Below the pieces are notes generated by a model. That model saw only the letters and a list, made by a program, of their open reading frames with translations, was not told where the DNA came from and did no database searches. A program made the position numbers and the translations under genes. A DNA stretch of 56,891 nt from Nemertoderma westbladi (lineage: Eukaryota; Animalia; Xenacoelomorpha). Where the stretch lies: assembly GCA_032718475.1 (NCBI GenBank), contig JAUCBJ010001461.1, positions 1 through 56,891 on the forward strand, given 5' to 3'. Numbering within the stretch: position 1 is the stretch's first letter; each line of letters starts with the position of its first letter. This document shows, piece by piece, positions 25,001-35,404 of the stretch.

Positions 25001-25240
25001 ATTATGGAGAGAAACTGTAAACAAGATCTTTTGGAGCCATCTTTCTGGCCAGATGGTATCACTTGTGTTAGATGGGAAGAACGCGCAACTGCTTATAATA
25101 CTCCATTGGAGTTTAAAGAGAGAGACTTGTCAGAGTATGTAGAATTGGATAACTGCCTTTATCCAGTAGAAAGAGATTTCAGCCCCAAGCAATATCATTA
25201 TAGGGTAACTGAAGGGAGAAGAAAGAGGATTCGTGTTTAA
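22031..25240 (+). CDS. LINE ORF1 main part: Pro/Ser repeats, Ulp1/SENP (C48)-like protease, coiled coil, C-terminal RRM-like domain
   Basis: WLTDSILEGFL; NHFIL (His); CIDSLN (Asp); QRNSIDCGVFVC (Gln, Cys); heptad region LSQTETHITSLKQEVGFLREELE; FFVNGI...FWPDGITCVRW typical of LINE ORF1. Confidence 0.85.
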   Translation: MRLRKIPVPCGSPTPVSNPPPPVEGSASGSPSPGSNPPSPPVEGSPSGSPSPGSNSPSPPVVGSASGSPSPGSNPPSPSPPVEGSPSGSPSPGFNPPSPPVEGSPSGSPSPGSNPPSPPVEGSPSGSPSPGSNPHSPPVEGSVSGSPSPRSNPASPPVEGSPSGSPSPGSNSPSPSPPVESSPSGSPSPGSNPPSPPVEGSPSGSTNLGLDRAVVEPDGELVSGSLDQISYEISNLSANKSNQHQLDPGVAPFQPSHYAGKCPGNQEKHETALVEGSKNFNQACHVEVYPCSQSNFRHDNSKAIKDYLQCCSDAKPGTRGLVLQSVADLNLLNTRDWLTDSILEGFLSLVERNIPHTSYVSCCLTTKLQSLDWVEGTRVYDNLSAVKYIAKAYYGKFNTDGLQPRYIFFPECQSNHFILHIADTLTRQVECIDSLNINVPTATTEEICKLLALIDELSPETEERHKKIWFSAVSTRKFAKQRNSIDCGVFVCYYALACGLNTVVLPDVVFDSAKARKWILECLTECKLIESAGIFSFSQIQRGEKRYQNTFDKNKENFCLSMDSVSTKRLQNSLGNQETSSFDSTEDPGYKQKNNHINTSDGSIFHQIMQQPRQFAIKQMMKMYTTEECNVLRSQFFTDIKSLMSPTNSVTLQLRSRAALKELVTDIYEIYKCKESNNFTECCKRRLKRKELNSDGSTSLEDVHQECINSSAVLQGRLSQTETHITSLKQEVGFLREELEHERRLRNVLQYQMETLTRLIKGNAEQQVESTKDNNQTQPMKEKPITSVTIAQNVCQASIKGSQDDCFIVIDSIGDTDNEFLDTFGKKEPEYTIVKSKNCTRKRVNFINQNGSHAFQIPVSNRYTFPEIKQTESTESVTNTKSSSLPKQQHLNTINVTVNNKMETKNKDLKTNFSCRDMDKHDVKRKENDSHREKGNSNNGRKQLESQVFFVNGINCKHTEEDIVAYVEHRGARIHRITTRICDGIKNMKLIMERNCKQDLLEPSFWPDGITCVRWEERATAYNTPLEFKERDLSEYVELDNCLYPVERDFSPKQYHYRVTEGRRKRIRV
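22075..22645 (+). repeat. In-frame ~57-bp coding tandem repeat (SNPPSPPVEGSPSGSPSPG), about 10 copies
   Basis: Visible in both DNA and translation. Confidence 0.92.
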
Positions 25241-28200
25241 CAATAAAGATGGATCTGGTGCTCAGGATGGTGCTACAGCGCTCAATTCTAATGGCTCCGG
25301 CTTGGATGCAAAATGCACCAATTTTAAAGAAAATAATTCTGCTGTAGTTACCAAAACTAATTTGAACTGCCTGACTTTTAATGTAAGGGGAGCACTTAGC
25401 AATATGATGTACGTCGATAAATTGTTGGATGAACATAATGTAGATATTTGTGGAATACAAGAACTATGGTTGGATGGGACGGAATGTGAAAAAATTTGGT
25501 GTGAAAGCTTTAAAAATAATTATGAATGCCTATATATTCCTGGCCATCAAACTAAACATTGTGCAGTAGTTCGTGGGGGAGTCGGCTTGCTCATTAGGAA
25601 AAACCTATTTGACTACATTATGCCGCTCGAATCTAGCAATGACATCATAGGTATCAAGGCTACTTTGGGTAACTTGGATTTGTTAGTGCTGAATGTATAT
25701 GCTCCGGATGCTGGTAAACCAGTTAGTGAATTTTATGACTTCTTAGGTCGCCTGACAAACATCCTAAAGTCGTACCCAAATAGTCTCCCGATACTAATTG
25801 GCGACTTCAACGCTGATGTTGGGCCTCTGCAGGGACTGCGCTTTAGTCGAGAACATGCATCAGCTAGGGGAAAAATATTTCATGAGTTTTTAATGCAACA
25901 AGGTATTCATGCAGTGGACACTTTCTCAGCTTTTCAAGGTCCAACTGTAACTTTTCATGGACGCAACAAATCATACATCGATCACATAGTGACATCTAGG
26001 TCTGGAGCAAATAGTATTCATCAAGGCTTCGTTTTTGGTATGGATGAGGTTCACAATAATTCTGATCATGTCCCAGTCCTCGTTTGTTTTAAACTAGAAG
26101 TAAAACGTGAAGAAAAAGAAAAAAATTCAACAAAAAATGTACAAAGGATACATCGTTTTGCGTGGGAAAAGTGCAGTAAGGAAAAGCTATCTAAGTATAT
26201 GCAAGAAACCGAGCACAAGTTGAATAGGCTAAAGGACATTGTTTCCTGTTTTGATCGAAAGTGGACAAAGAGGGACATAGATTGGTACGGTCATTCGCTG
26301 AAAGCAATATTTTATGATACTGCCTATGAATATATACCCAAGAAACAGCACAAAAAGAAGTCGAACAATATCAGGGTGCGAAATAAAAAACTACTGGAAA
26401 GATGCCAAACATCTAAAAAGTTATATAATATTTGGTGTGAAAGGGGTAAGGATTCGGGTGACACTTTTGGACAGATGTTTCAAGATTCCAAGCGTGCAAC
26501 GAGGCACCTTAAAAACTGGCTCACCAAGCAACACTTATCCAAGCGCATTGATCATTTAATTGGCAGTTACAGACACAACCCAAGTGGATTTTGGAATTTT
26601 GTAAATAATAAACGGAAAGATACCACGGCTGAATCCATGAGAGGTCCTCTCACCGACTATTTATGTAATCAGCTACAAAAGGACAGTTCTCAACCGAAAA
26701 ATATAAATAGTTTACTTGAGAAGCTAAGTTCAGCTTGTAGTCAAACTGAGGCACCAGTCATTTCTGAAAAGTTGGTTGAACGGACAATCCTACTTCTCAA
26801 CAGAAATAAGTCCCCAGACAAGCAGATGATGACTGTAGAGCACCTTTTATATTCGGAGAAAGAAGTTGTGTGCTACCACGTAACAAAGTTATTAAATGAG
26901 TCCATATCTCTAGGATGCCTGCCTGATTTCTTTGGGGAGACTGTAGTCACCTGTATCTACAAAGGGAAGAAAAAGGATGTTTGTGCACCATCGTCATATC
27001 GTCCAATATCATCTATCAGCATATTTGGCAAGGTACTCGAAGGAGTATTACTTAGGGAGTATCTTTTTCTGGAACCCAGTCCTCAGCAGTTGGCTTATCA
27101 ATCGGGAATTGGCAGTGATGTAATTCTCAGTGCTGTACTTGAGTGTATAGAACATTATCGCAGGCATGGATCTGGAGTATACGTTTGTCAGCTGGATATC
27201 TCGGCGGCATATGACGGAGTCGACCAGATTAAATTGTTTCAGAGGATGTCCGATGTCATCAATCCGTACATCTGTAGAATTCTGGTTGTTTATTATCAGC
27301 TTAGTCGTCTTTTCATAAACATAAATGGCCTTGTATCGGAAAATGGTTTCACTATGCTTAATGGAATAAAACAAGGGTCCATTCTATCTCCAGCCCTGTT
27401 TAACTATTACACAAATGGGATGTTTACAAATATTTATTCATGCAATGGTCAAAGTAAGATTGGTTGCCGAATATATAATGAGTTGTTTAGTGCTCTTGGA
27501 TATGCTGATGACATCCTTCTGATGGCAAGTTGTCCACGGGATATGGAGAAGTTGGCAACTCGTATAGAAACACACATAACCAAACTAGGGCTGCGGTTGG
27601 AAGACTCGAAGATAAATTGGATATATCTATCTCCTTGGAATACAGCGGAGAATAAACCGCCTCCAACTCTGTTTTTAAATGGTCGACACCATGATATGTC
27701 ACAGTCGATAACTTTCCTTGGTGTTAATATCCAAAGGTCTTGGCAAAATAAAGTAAATGTGTTGGCTAATACAATCCAGGCTCTGGCAATATTGGCTGAT
27801 CGATTCCATAAGCAAGGTTGGACTACCAAACACTATCCAGTGGAAAAAGTGGCACTTTTATGGAGATCAATTGCTTTATCCTCGTTCTTATACCGACACA
27901 AATACTCGATTGGTGCTCTGAAGAAATTTGAGAAAGCCAAGTTAGATGCATATTATCGCCAGAAGCTGAGAGGTTTGCTTCACTTGGGGCCGTATGTGTC
28001 GAATGAAACACTAAACCATCTGTTTGGAACAGATAGTTTATCTGTGGGAGCCTATAGATCGTGTCTTGGGACCCTACTGCGAGGTCTATCTACTCCCAAT
28101 TACAATCTACAAGTGATTTTTAGGTTGGGTGTTCAAAATAACGCGTTGGGAAATCCAGGGACGTATCAAGGCTTAGGGGGCACGTTAAGATATGCCATAC

Positions 28201-28406
28201 AAGAGCATAGTCTTCCCTCGATTAAATCGCTGTGCAACTATCAGTACTGCGATAAATCGCTTAAGGAACGACTATCTCCCCCAGAAGTCTCAGCAGTTTC
28301 TCAAATGTCAGCTAATTTTATTTCAAACACTTTTTCAATACCAGGTGTATCTTTTCGTTCAAAGCATAAGCACATAAAAGAATATTTCAGAATATTTGAA
28401 TTATGA
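25233..28406 (+). CDS. LINE ORF2: apurinic-like endonuclease plus reverse transcriptase
   Basis: APE motifs TFNVRG, GIQELW, GGVGLL, NVYAP, IGDFNA, YIDHI, SDHVPV; RT motifs YRPIS, LDISAAYDGV, GIKQGSILSP, YADD, TFLG. Intact 1057-aa frame. Confidence 0.95.
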   Translation: MFNNKDGSGAQDGATALNSNGSGLDAKCTNFKENNSAVVTKTNLNCLTFNVRGALSNMMYVDKLLDEHNVDICGIQELWLDGTECEKIWCESFKNNYECLYIPGHQTKHCAVVRGGVGLLIRKNLFDYIMPLESSNDIIGIKATLGNLDLLVLNVYAPDAGKPVSEFYDFLGRLTNILKSYPNSLPILIGDFNADVGPLQGLRFSREHASARGKIFHEFLMQQGIHAVDTFSAFQGPTVTFHGRNKSYIDHIVTSRSGANSIHQGFVFGMDEVHNNSDHVPVLVCFKLEVKREEKEKNSTKNVQRIHRFAWEKCSKEKLSKYMQETEHKLNRLKDIVSCFDRKWTKRDIDWYGHSLKAIFYDTAYEYIPKKQHKKKSNNIRVRNKKLLERCQTSKKLYNIWCERGKDSGDTFGQMFQDSKRATRHLKNWLTKQHLSKRIDHLIGSYRHNPSGFWNFVNNKRKDTTAESMRGPLTDYLCNQLQKDSSQPKNINSLLEKLSSACSQTEAPVISEKLVERTILLLNRNKSPDKQMMTVEHLLYSEKEVVCYHVTKLLNESISLGCLPDFFGETVVTCIYKGKKKDVCAPSSYRPISSISIFGKVLEGVLLREYLFLEPSPQQLAYQSGIGSDVILSAVLECIEHYRRHGSGVYVCQLDISAAYDGVDQIKLFQRMSDVINPYICRILVVYYQLSRLFININGLVSENGFTMLNGIKQGSILSPALFNYYTNGMFTNIYSCNGQSKIGCRIYNELFSALGYADDILLMASCPRDMEKLATRIETHITKLGLRLEDSKINWIYLSPWNTAENKPPPTLFLNGRHHDMSQSITFLGVNIQRSWQNKVNVLANTIQALAILADRFHKQGWTTKHYPVEKVALLWRSIALSSFLYRHKYSIGALKKFEKAKLDAYYRQKLRGLLHLGPYVSNETLNHLFGTDSLSVGAYRSCLGTLLRGLSTPNYNLQVIFRLGVQNNALGNPGTYQGLGGTLRYAIQEHSLPSIKSLCNYQYCDKSLKERLSPPEVSAVSQMSANFISNTFSIPGVSFRSKHKHIKEYFRIFEL

Positions 28407-29026
28407 GATATGATAGCCTGTGAATTTTCCATTTTAAGTTGCATTATGTCGTGCACTTAGTAGCCTATTTTGTTATGTAAACCAAGTAGATTACACTGTA
28501 CTTGTCCAGTTTCTAGATCTAAGGAGATTTACCCTCTGTATTTTCGCGATCTTGGGTTCCATACAGTATGTCGTGCATTTTAGCGGTAGGAGACTACCCA
28601 CCCAGTACCCAGTGCAGATTTCTCGGGTTTCTAAATGTAAATCTAGTAGGAGTCTACCCAGTACCCAGTGCAGATTTCTCGATTTGATCGTGTTATGTTT
28701 GATTTTGTTTGATTCAATTGTTTAATTTTAAACCTAGCAGGATTTTAGTACACGAGGTCTATTATATATCCTGATATTTGTGGTTTTAATGTCACTTCAC
28801 AATTAGGGTAGGGAAAAGACGTGATGCTTTTTGGTTTTGGGTGCATTTAGAATGCCGTGCTGTGTAACCCCATTTAACGGTAACTTACCTACCATTTTAT
28901 TACTGTGCATTTTAACCTTCACTTTCAATGCGGTTTTAATGTTTTGATGATTTTTAAGTTTTTACTGTTTGAATAAATGCCAGCTAGACTGGTGCTGCGC
29001 GCGTTTGCGCGATAATCTAATCTAAT

Positions 29027-32000
29027 CTACCCGTCCAGGTACCAGCTCGTAGAGTACATTATGTGCATAGGTAATAGGACTACCCGTCCAGGTACAAGCT
29101 ACACGTAGAGTACATTATGTGCATGGGTAATGGGACTACCCGTCCAGGTACCAGCTCGTAGAGTACATTATGTGCATGGGTAATGGGACTACCCGTCCAG
29201 GTACCAGCTACACGTAGAGTACATTATGTGCATGGGTAATGGGACTACCCGTCCAGGTACCAGCTCGTAGAGTACATTATGTGGATGGGTAATGGGACTA
29301 CCCGTCCAGGTACCAGCTCGTAGAGTACATTATGTGGATGGGTAATGGGACTACCCGTCCAGGTACCAGCTCGTAGAGTACATTATGTGCATGGGTAATG
29401 GGACTACTACCCGTCCAGGTACCAGCTATACGTAGAGTACATTATGTGCATGGGTAATGGGACTACCCGTCCAGGTACCAGCTCGTAGAGTACATTATGT
29501 GCATGGGTAATGGGACTACCCGTCCAGGTACCAGCTCGTAGAGTACATTATGTGCATGGGTAATGGGACTACCCGTCCAGGTACCAGCTATACGTAGAGT
29601 ACATTATGTGCATGGGTAATGGGACTACCCGTCCAGGTACCAGCTCGTAGAGTACATTATGTGCATGGGTAATGGGACTACCCGTCCAGGTACCAGCTCG
29701 TAGAGTACATTATGTGCATAGGTAATGGGACTACCCGTCCAGGTACCAGCTATACGTAGAGTACATTATGTGCATGGGTAATGGGACTACCCGTCCATGT
29801 ACCAGCTATACGTAGAGTACATTATGTGCATGGGTAATGGGACTACCCGTCCATGTACCAGCTATACGTAGAGTACATTATGTGCATGGGTAATGGGACT
29901 ACCCGTCCAGGTACCAGCTATACGTAGAGTACATTATGTGCATGGGTAATGGGACTACCCGTTCAGGTACCAGCTACACGTAGAGTACATTATGTGCATG
30001 GTTAATGGGACTACCCGTCCAGGTACCAGCTACACGTAGAGTACATTATGTGCATTGGTAATGGGACTACCCGTCCAGGTACCAGCTACACGTAGAGTAC
30101 ATTATGTGCATGGGTGATGGGACTACCCGTCCAGGTACCAGCTCGTAGAGTATATTATGTGCATGGGTAATGGGACTACCCGTCCAGGTACCAGCTCGTA
30201 GAGTACATTATGTGCATGGGTAATGGGACTACCCGTCCAGGTACCAGCTACACGTTGAGTACATTATGTGCATGGGTAATGGGACTACCCGTCCAGGTAC
30301 CAGCTCGTAGAGTACATTATGTGCATGGGTAATGGGACTACCCGTCCAGGTACCAGCTCGTAGAGTACATTATGTGCATGGGTAATGGGACTACCCGTCC
30401 AGGTACCAGCTACACGTAGAGTACATTATGTGCATGGTTAATGGGACTACCCGTCCAGGTACCAGCTACACGTAGAGTACATTATGTGCATGGGTAATGG
30501 GACTACCCTGTCAGGTACCAGCTACACGTAGAGTACATTATGTGCATGGGTAATGGGACTACCCGTCCAGGTACCAGCTACACGTAGAGTACATTATGTG
30601 CATGGGTAATGGGACTACCCGTCCAGGTACCAGCTACACGTAGAGTACATTATGTGCATGGGTAATGGGACTACCCGTCCAGGTACCAGCTCGTAGAGTA
30701 CATTATGTGCATGGGTAATGGGACTACCCGTCCAGGTACCAGTTATACGTAGAGTACATTATGTGCATGGGTAATTGGACTACCCGTCCAGGTACCAGCT
30801 CGTAGAGTACATTATGTGCATGGGTAATGGGACTACCCGTCCAGGTACCAGCTATACGTAGAGTACATTATGTGCATAGGTAATGGGACTACCCGTCCAG
30901 GTACCAGCTACACGTAGAGTACATTATGTGCATGGGTAATGGGACTACCCGTCCAGGTACCAGCTCGTAGAGTACATTATGTGCATGGGTAATGGGACTA
31001 CCCGTCCAGGTACCAGCTCGTAGAGTACATTATGTGCATAGGTAATGGGACTACCCGTCCAGGTACAAGCTACACGTAGAGTACATTATGTGCATGGGTA
31101 ATGGGACTACCCGTCCAGGTACCAGCTCGTAGAGTACATTATGTGCATGGGTAATGGGACTACCCGTCCAGGTACCAGCTACACGTAGAGTACATTATGT
31201 GCATGGGTAATGGGACTACCCGTCCAGGTACCAGCTCGTAGAGTACATTATGTGGATGGGTAATGGGACTACCCGTCCAGGTACCAGCTCGTAGAGTACA
31301 TTATGTGCATGGGTAATGGGACTACCCGTCCAGGTACCAGCTACACGTAGAGTACATTATGTGCATGGGTAATGGGACTACCCGTCCAGGTACCAGCTAC
31401 ACGTAGAGTACATTATGTGCATGGGTAATGGGACTACCCGTCCATGTACCAGCTATACGTAGAGTACATTATGTGCATGGGTAATGGGACTACCCGTCCA
31501 GGTACCAGCTACACGTAGAGTACATTATGTGCATGGTTAATGGGACTACCCGTCCAGGTACCAGCTACACGTAGAGTACATTATGTGCATTGGTAATGGG
31601 ACTACCCGTCCAGGTACCAGCTACACGTAGAGTACATTATGTGCATGGGTGATGGGACTACCCGTCCAGGTACCAGCTCGTAGAGTACATTATGTGCATG
31701 GGTAATGGGACTACCCGTCCAGGTACCAGCTCGTAGAGTACATTATGTGCATGGGTAATGGGACTACCCGTCCAGGTACCAGCTACACGTTGAGTACATT
31801 ATGTGCATGGGTAATGGGACTACCCGTCCAGGTACCAGCTCGTAGAGTACATTATGTGCATGGGTAATGGGACTACCCGTCCAGGTACCAGCTCGTAGAG
31901 TACATTATGTGCATGGGTAATGGGACTACCCGTCCAGGTACCAGCTACACGTAGAGTACATTATGTGCATTGGTAATGGGACTACCCGTCCAGGTACCAG

Positions 32001-35000
32001 CTACACGTAGAGTACATTATGTGCATGGGTAATGGGACTACCCGTCCAGGTACCAGCTCGTAGAGTACATTATGTGCATGGGTAATGGGACTACCCGTCC
32101 AGGTACCAGCTCGTAGAGTACATTATGTGCATGGGTAATGGGACTACCCGTCCAGGTACCAGCTACACGTTGAGTACATTATGTGCATGGGTAATGGGAC
32201 TACCCGTCCAGGTACCAGCTCGTAGAGTACATTATGTGCGTGGGTAATGGGACTACCCGTCCAGGTACCAGCTCGTAGAGTACATTATGTGCATGGGTAA
32301 TGGGACTACCCGTCCAGGTACCAGCTACACGTTGAGTACATTATGTGCATGGGTAATGGGACTACCCGTCCAGGTACCAGCTCGTAGAGTACATTATGTT
32401 CATGGGTAATGGGACTACCCGTCCAGGTACCAGCTCGTAGAGTACATTATGTGCATGGGTAATGGGACTACACGTCCAGGTACCAGCTCGTAGAGTACAT
32501 TATGTGCATGGGTAATGGGACTACCCGTCCAGGTACCAGCTACACGTTGAGTACATTATGTGCATGGGTAATGGGACTACCCGTCCAGGTACCAGCTCGT
32601 AGAGTACATTATGTGCATGGGTAATGGGACTACCCGTCCAGGTACCAGCTCGTAGAGTACATTATGTGCATGGGTAATGGGACTACCCGTCCAGGTACCA
32701 GCTCGTAGAGTACATTATGTGCATGGGTAATGGGACTACCCGTCCAGGTACCAGCTCGTAGAGTACATTATGTGCATGGGTAATGGGACTACCCGTCCAG
32801 GTACCAGCTACACGTTGAGTACATTATGTGCATGGGTAATGGGACTACCCGTCCAGGTACCAGCTCGTAGAGTACATTATGTGCATGGGTAATGGGACTA
32901 CCCGTCCAGGTACCAGCTATACGTAGAGTACACTATGTGCATGGGTAATGGGACTACCCGTCCAGGTACCAGCTACACGTTGAGTACATTATGTGCATGG
33001 GTAATGGGACTACCCGTCCAGGTACCAGCTCGTAGAGTACATTATGTGCATGGGTAATGGGACTACCCGTCCAGGTACCAGCTACACGTAGAGTACATTA
33101 TGTGCATGGGTAATGGGACTACCCGTCCAGGTACCAGCTCGTAGAGTACATTATGTGCATGGGTAATGGGACTACCCGTCCAGGTACCAGCTATACGTAG
33201 AGTACATTATGTGCATGGGTAATGGGACTACCCGTCCAGGTACCAGCTCGTAGAGTACATTATGTGCATGGGTAATGGGACTACCCGTCCAGGTACCAGC
33301 TCGTAGAGTACATTATGTGCATGGGTAATGGGACTACCCGTCCAGGTACCAGCTCCGTAGAGTACATTATGTGCATGGGTAATGGGACTACCCGTCCAGG
33401 TACCAGCTACACGTAGAGTACATTATGTGCATGGGTAATGGGACTACCCGTCCAGGTACCAGCTACACGTAGAGTACATTATGTGCATGGGTAATGGGAC
33501 TACCCGTCCAGGTACCAGCTACACGTAGAGTACATTATGTGCATGGGTAATGGGACTACCCGTCCAGGTACCAGCTACACGTAGAGTACATTATGTGCAT
33601 GGGTAATGGGACTACCCGTCCAGGTACCAGCTACACGTAGAGTACATTATGTGCATGGGTAATGGGACTACCCGTCCAGGTACCAGCTACACGTAGAGTA
33701 CATTATGTGCATGGGTAATGGGACTACCCGTCCAGGTACCAGCTACACGTAGAGTACATTATGTGCATGGGTAATGGGACTACCCGTCCAGGTACCAGCT
33801 ACACGTAGAGTACATTATGTGCATGGGTAATGGGACTACCCGTCCAGGTACCAGCTACACGTAGAGTACATTATGTGCATGGGTAATGGGACTACCCGTC
33901 CAGGTACCAGCTACACGTAGAGTACATTATGTGCATGGGTAATGGGACTACCCGTCCAGGTACCAGCTACACGTAGAGTACATTATGTGCATGGGTAATG
34001 GGACTACCCGTCCAGGTACCAGCTACACGTAGAGTACATTATGTGCATGGGTAATGGGACTACCCGTCCAGGTACCAGCTACACGTAGAGTACATTATGT
34101 GCATGGGTAATGGGACTACCCGTCCAGGTACCAGCTACACGTAGAGTACATTATGTGCATGGGTAATGGGACTACCCGTCCAGGTACCAGCTACACGTAG
34201 AGTACATTATGTGCATGGGTAATGGGACTACCCGTCCAGGTACCAGCTACACGTAGAGTACATTATGTGCATGGGTAATGGGACTACCCGTCCAGGTACC
34301 AGCTACACGTAGAGTACATTATGTGCATGGGTAATGGGACTACCCGTCCAGGTACCAGCTACACGTAGAGTACATTATGTGCATGGGTAATGGGACTACC
34401 CGTCCAGGTACCAGCTACACGTAGAGTACATTATGTGCATGGGTAATGGGACTACCCGTCCAGGTACCAGCTACACGTAGAGTACATTATGTGCATGGGT
34501 AATGGGACTACCCGTCCAGGTACCAGCTACACGTAGAGTACATTATGTGCATGGGTAATGGGACTACCCGTCCAGGTACCAGCTACACGTAGAGTACATT
34601 ATGTGCATGGGTAATGGGACTACCCGTCCAGGTACCAGCTACACGTAGAGTACATTATGTGCATGGGTAATGGGACTACCCGTCCAGGTACCAGCTACAC
34701 GTAGAGTACATTATGTGCATGGGTAATGGGACTACCCGTCCAGGTACCAGCTACACGTAGAGTACATTATGTGCATGGGTAATGGGACTACCCGTCCAGG
34801 TACCAGCTACACGTAGAGTACATTATGTGCATGGGTAATGGGACTACCCGTCCAGGTACCAGCTACACGTAGAGTACATTATGTGCATGGGTAATGGGAC
34901 TACCCGTCCAGGTACCAGCTACACGTAGAGTACATTATGTGCATGGGTAATGGGACTACCCGTCCAGGTACCAGCTACACGTAGAGTACATTATGCGCAT

Positions 35001-35113
35001 GGGTAATGGGACTACCCGTCCAGGTACCAGCTACACGTAGAGTACATTATGCGCATGGGTAATGGGACTACCCGTCCAGGTACCAGCTACACGTAGAGTA
35101 CATTATGTGCATG
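29027..35113. repeat. 53/56-bp satellite, block 3
   Basis: Resumes in register after the LINE tail; mosaic of variants, then a homogeneous 56-mer run from about 33390. Confidence 0.97.
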
Positions 35114-35404
35114 CATATATTATATACAATAGTTATCAATTTATTTAGTACAAATTTGCTCTATATCTGTGTAGAAATTGTTAATAAATCTTATCTTATC
35201 TTATCTTATCTTACCTATAATGTATGTAACTTACCTGCAGTACTTAATAAAATAAATATACGCATATGCGTAGAATCCTTATAGTTTTGCCAGTTCATTG
35301 TGTTTTATAAGAATTTATGTGCTGTATGTATTAATTTTTATTTGCATTTGGCGTATTAAACTAAACTAAACTATATCTGGCAGTATGGCATATAACTAAA
35401 CCTG

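Larger units (their letters stand above)
21588..29026 (+). mobile_element. Apparently full-length APE-type non-LTR retrotransposon (LINE; L2/CR1/RTEX-like group, clade not resolved)
   Basis: Interrupts the satellite at GGGACTA; ORF1 and ORF2, ~600-bp 3' UTR with AATAAA, terminal hairpins and (TAATC)n tail; CTA on both sides (TSD or microhomology). Confidence 0.93.

Noticed and set aside
3621-35113. CRISPR-like interpretation of the 56-bp array
   Set aside because: No unique spacers, no cas genes, eukaryotic context; it is a plain tandem satellite.
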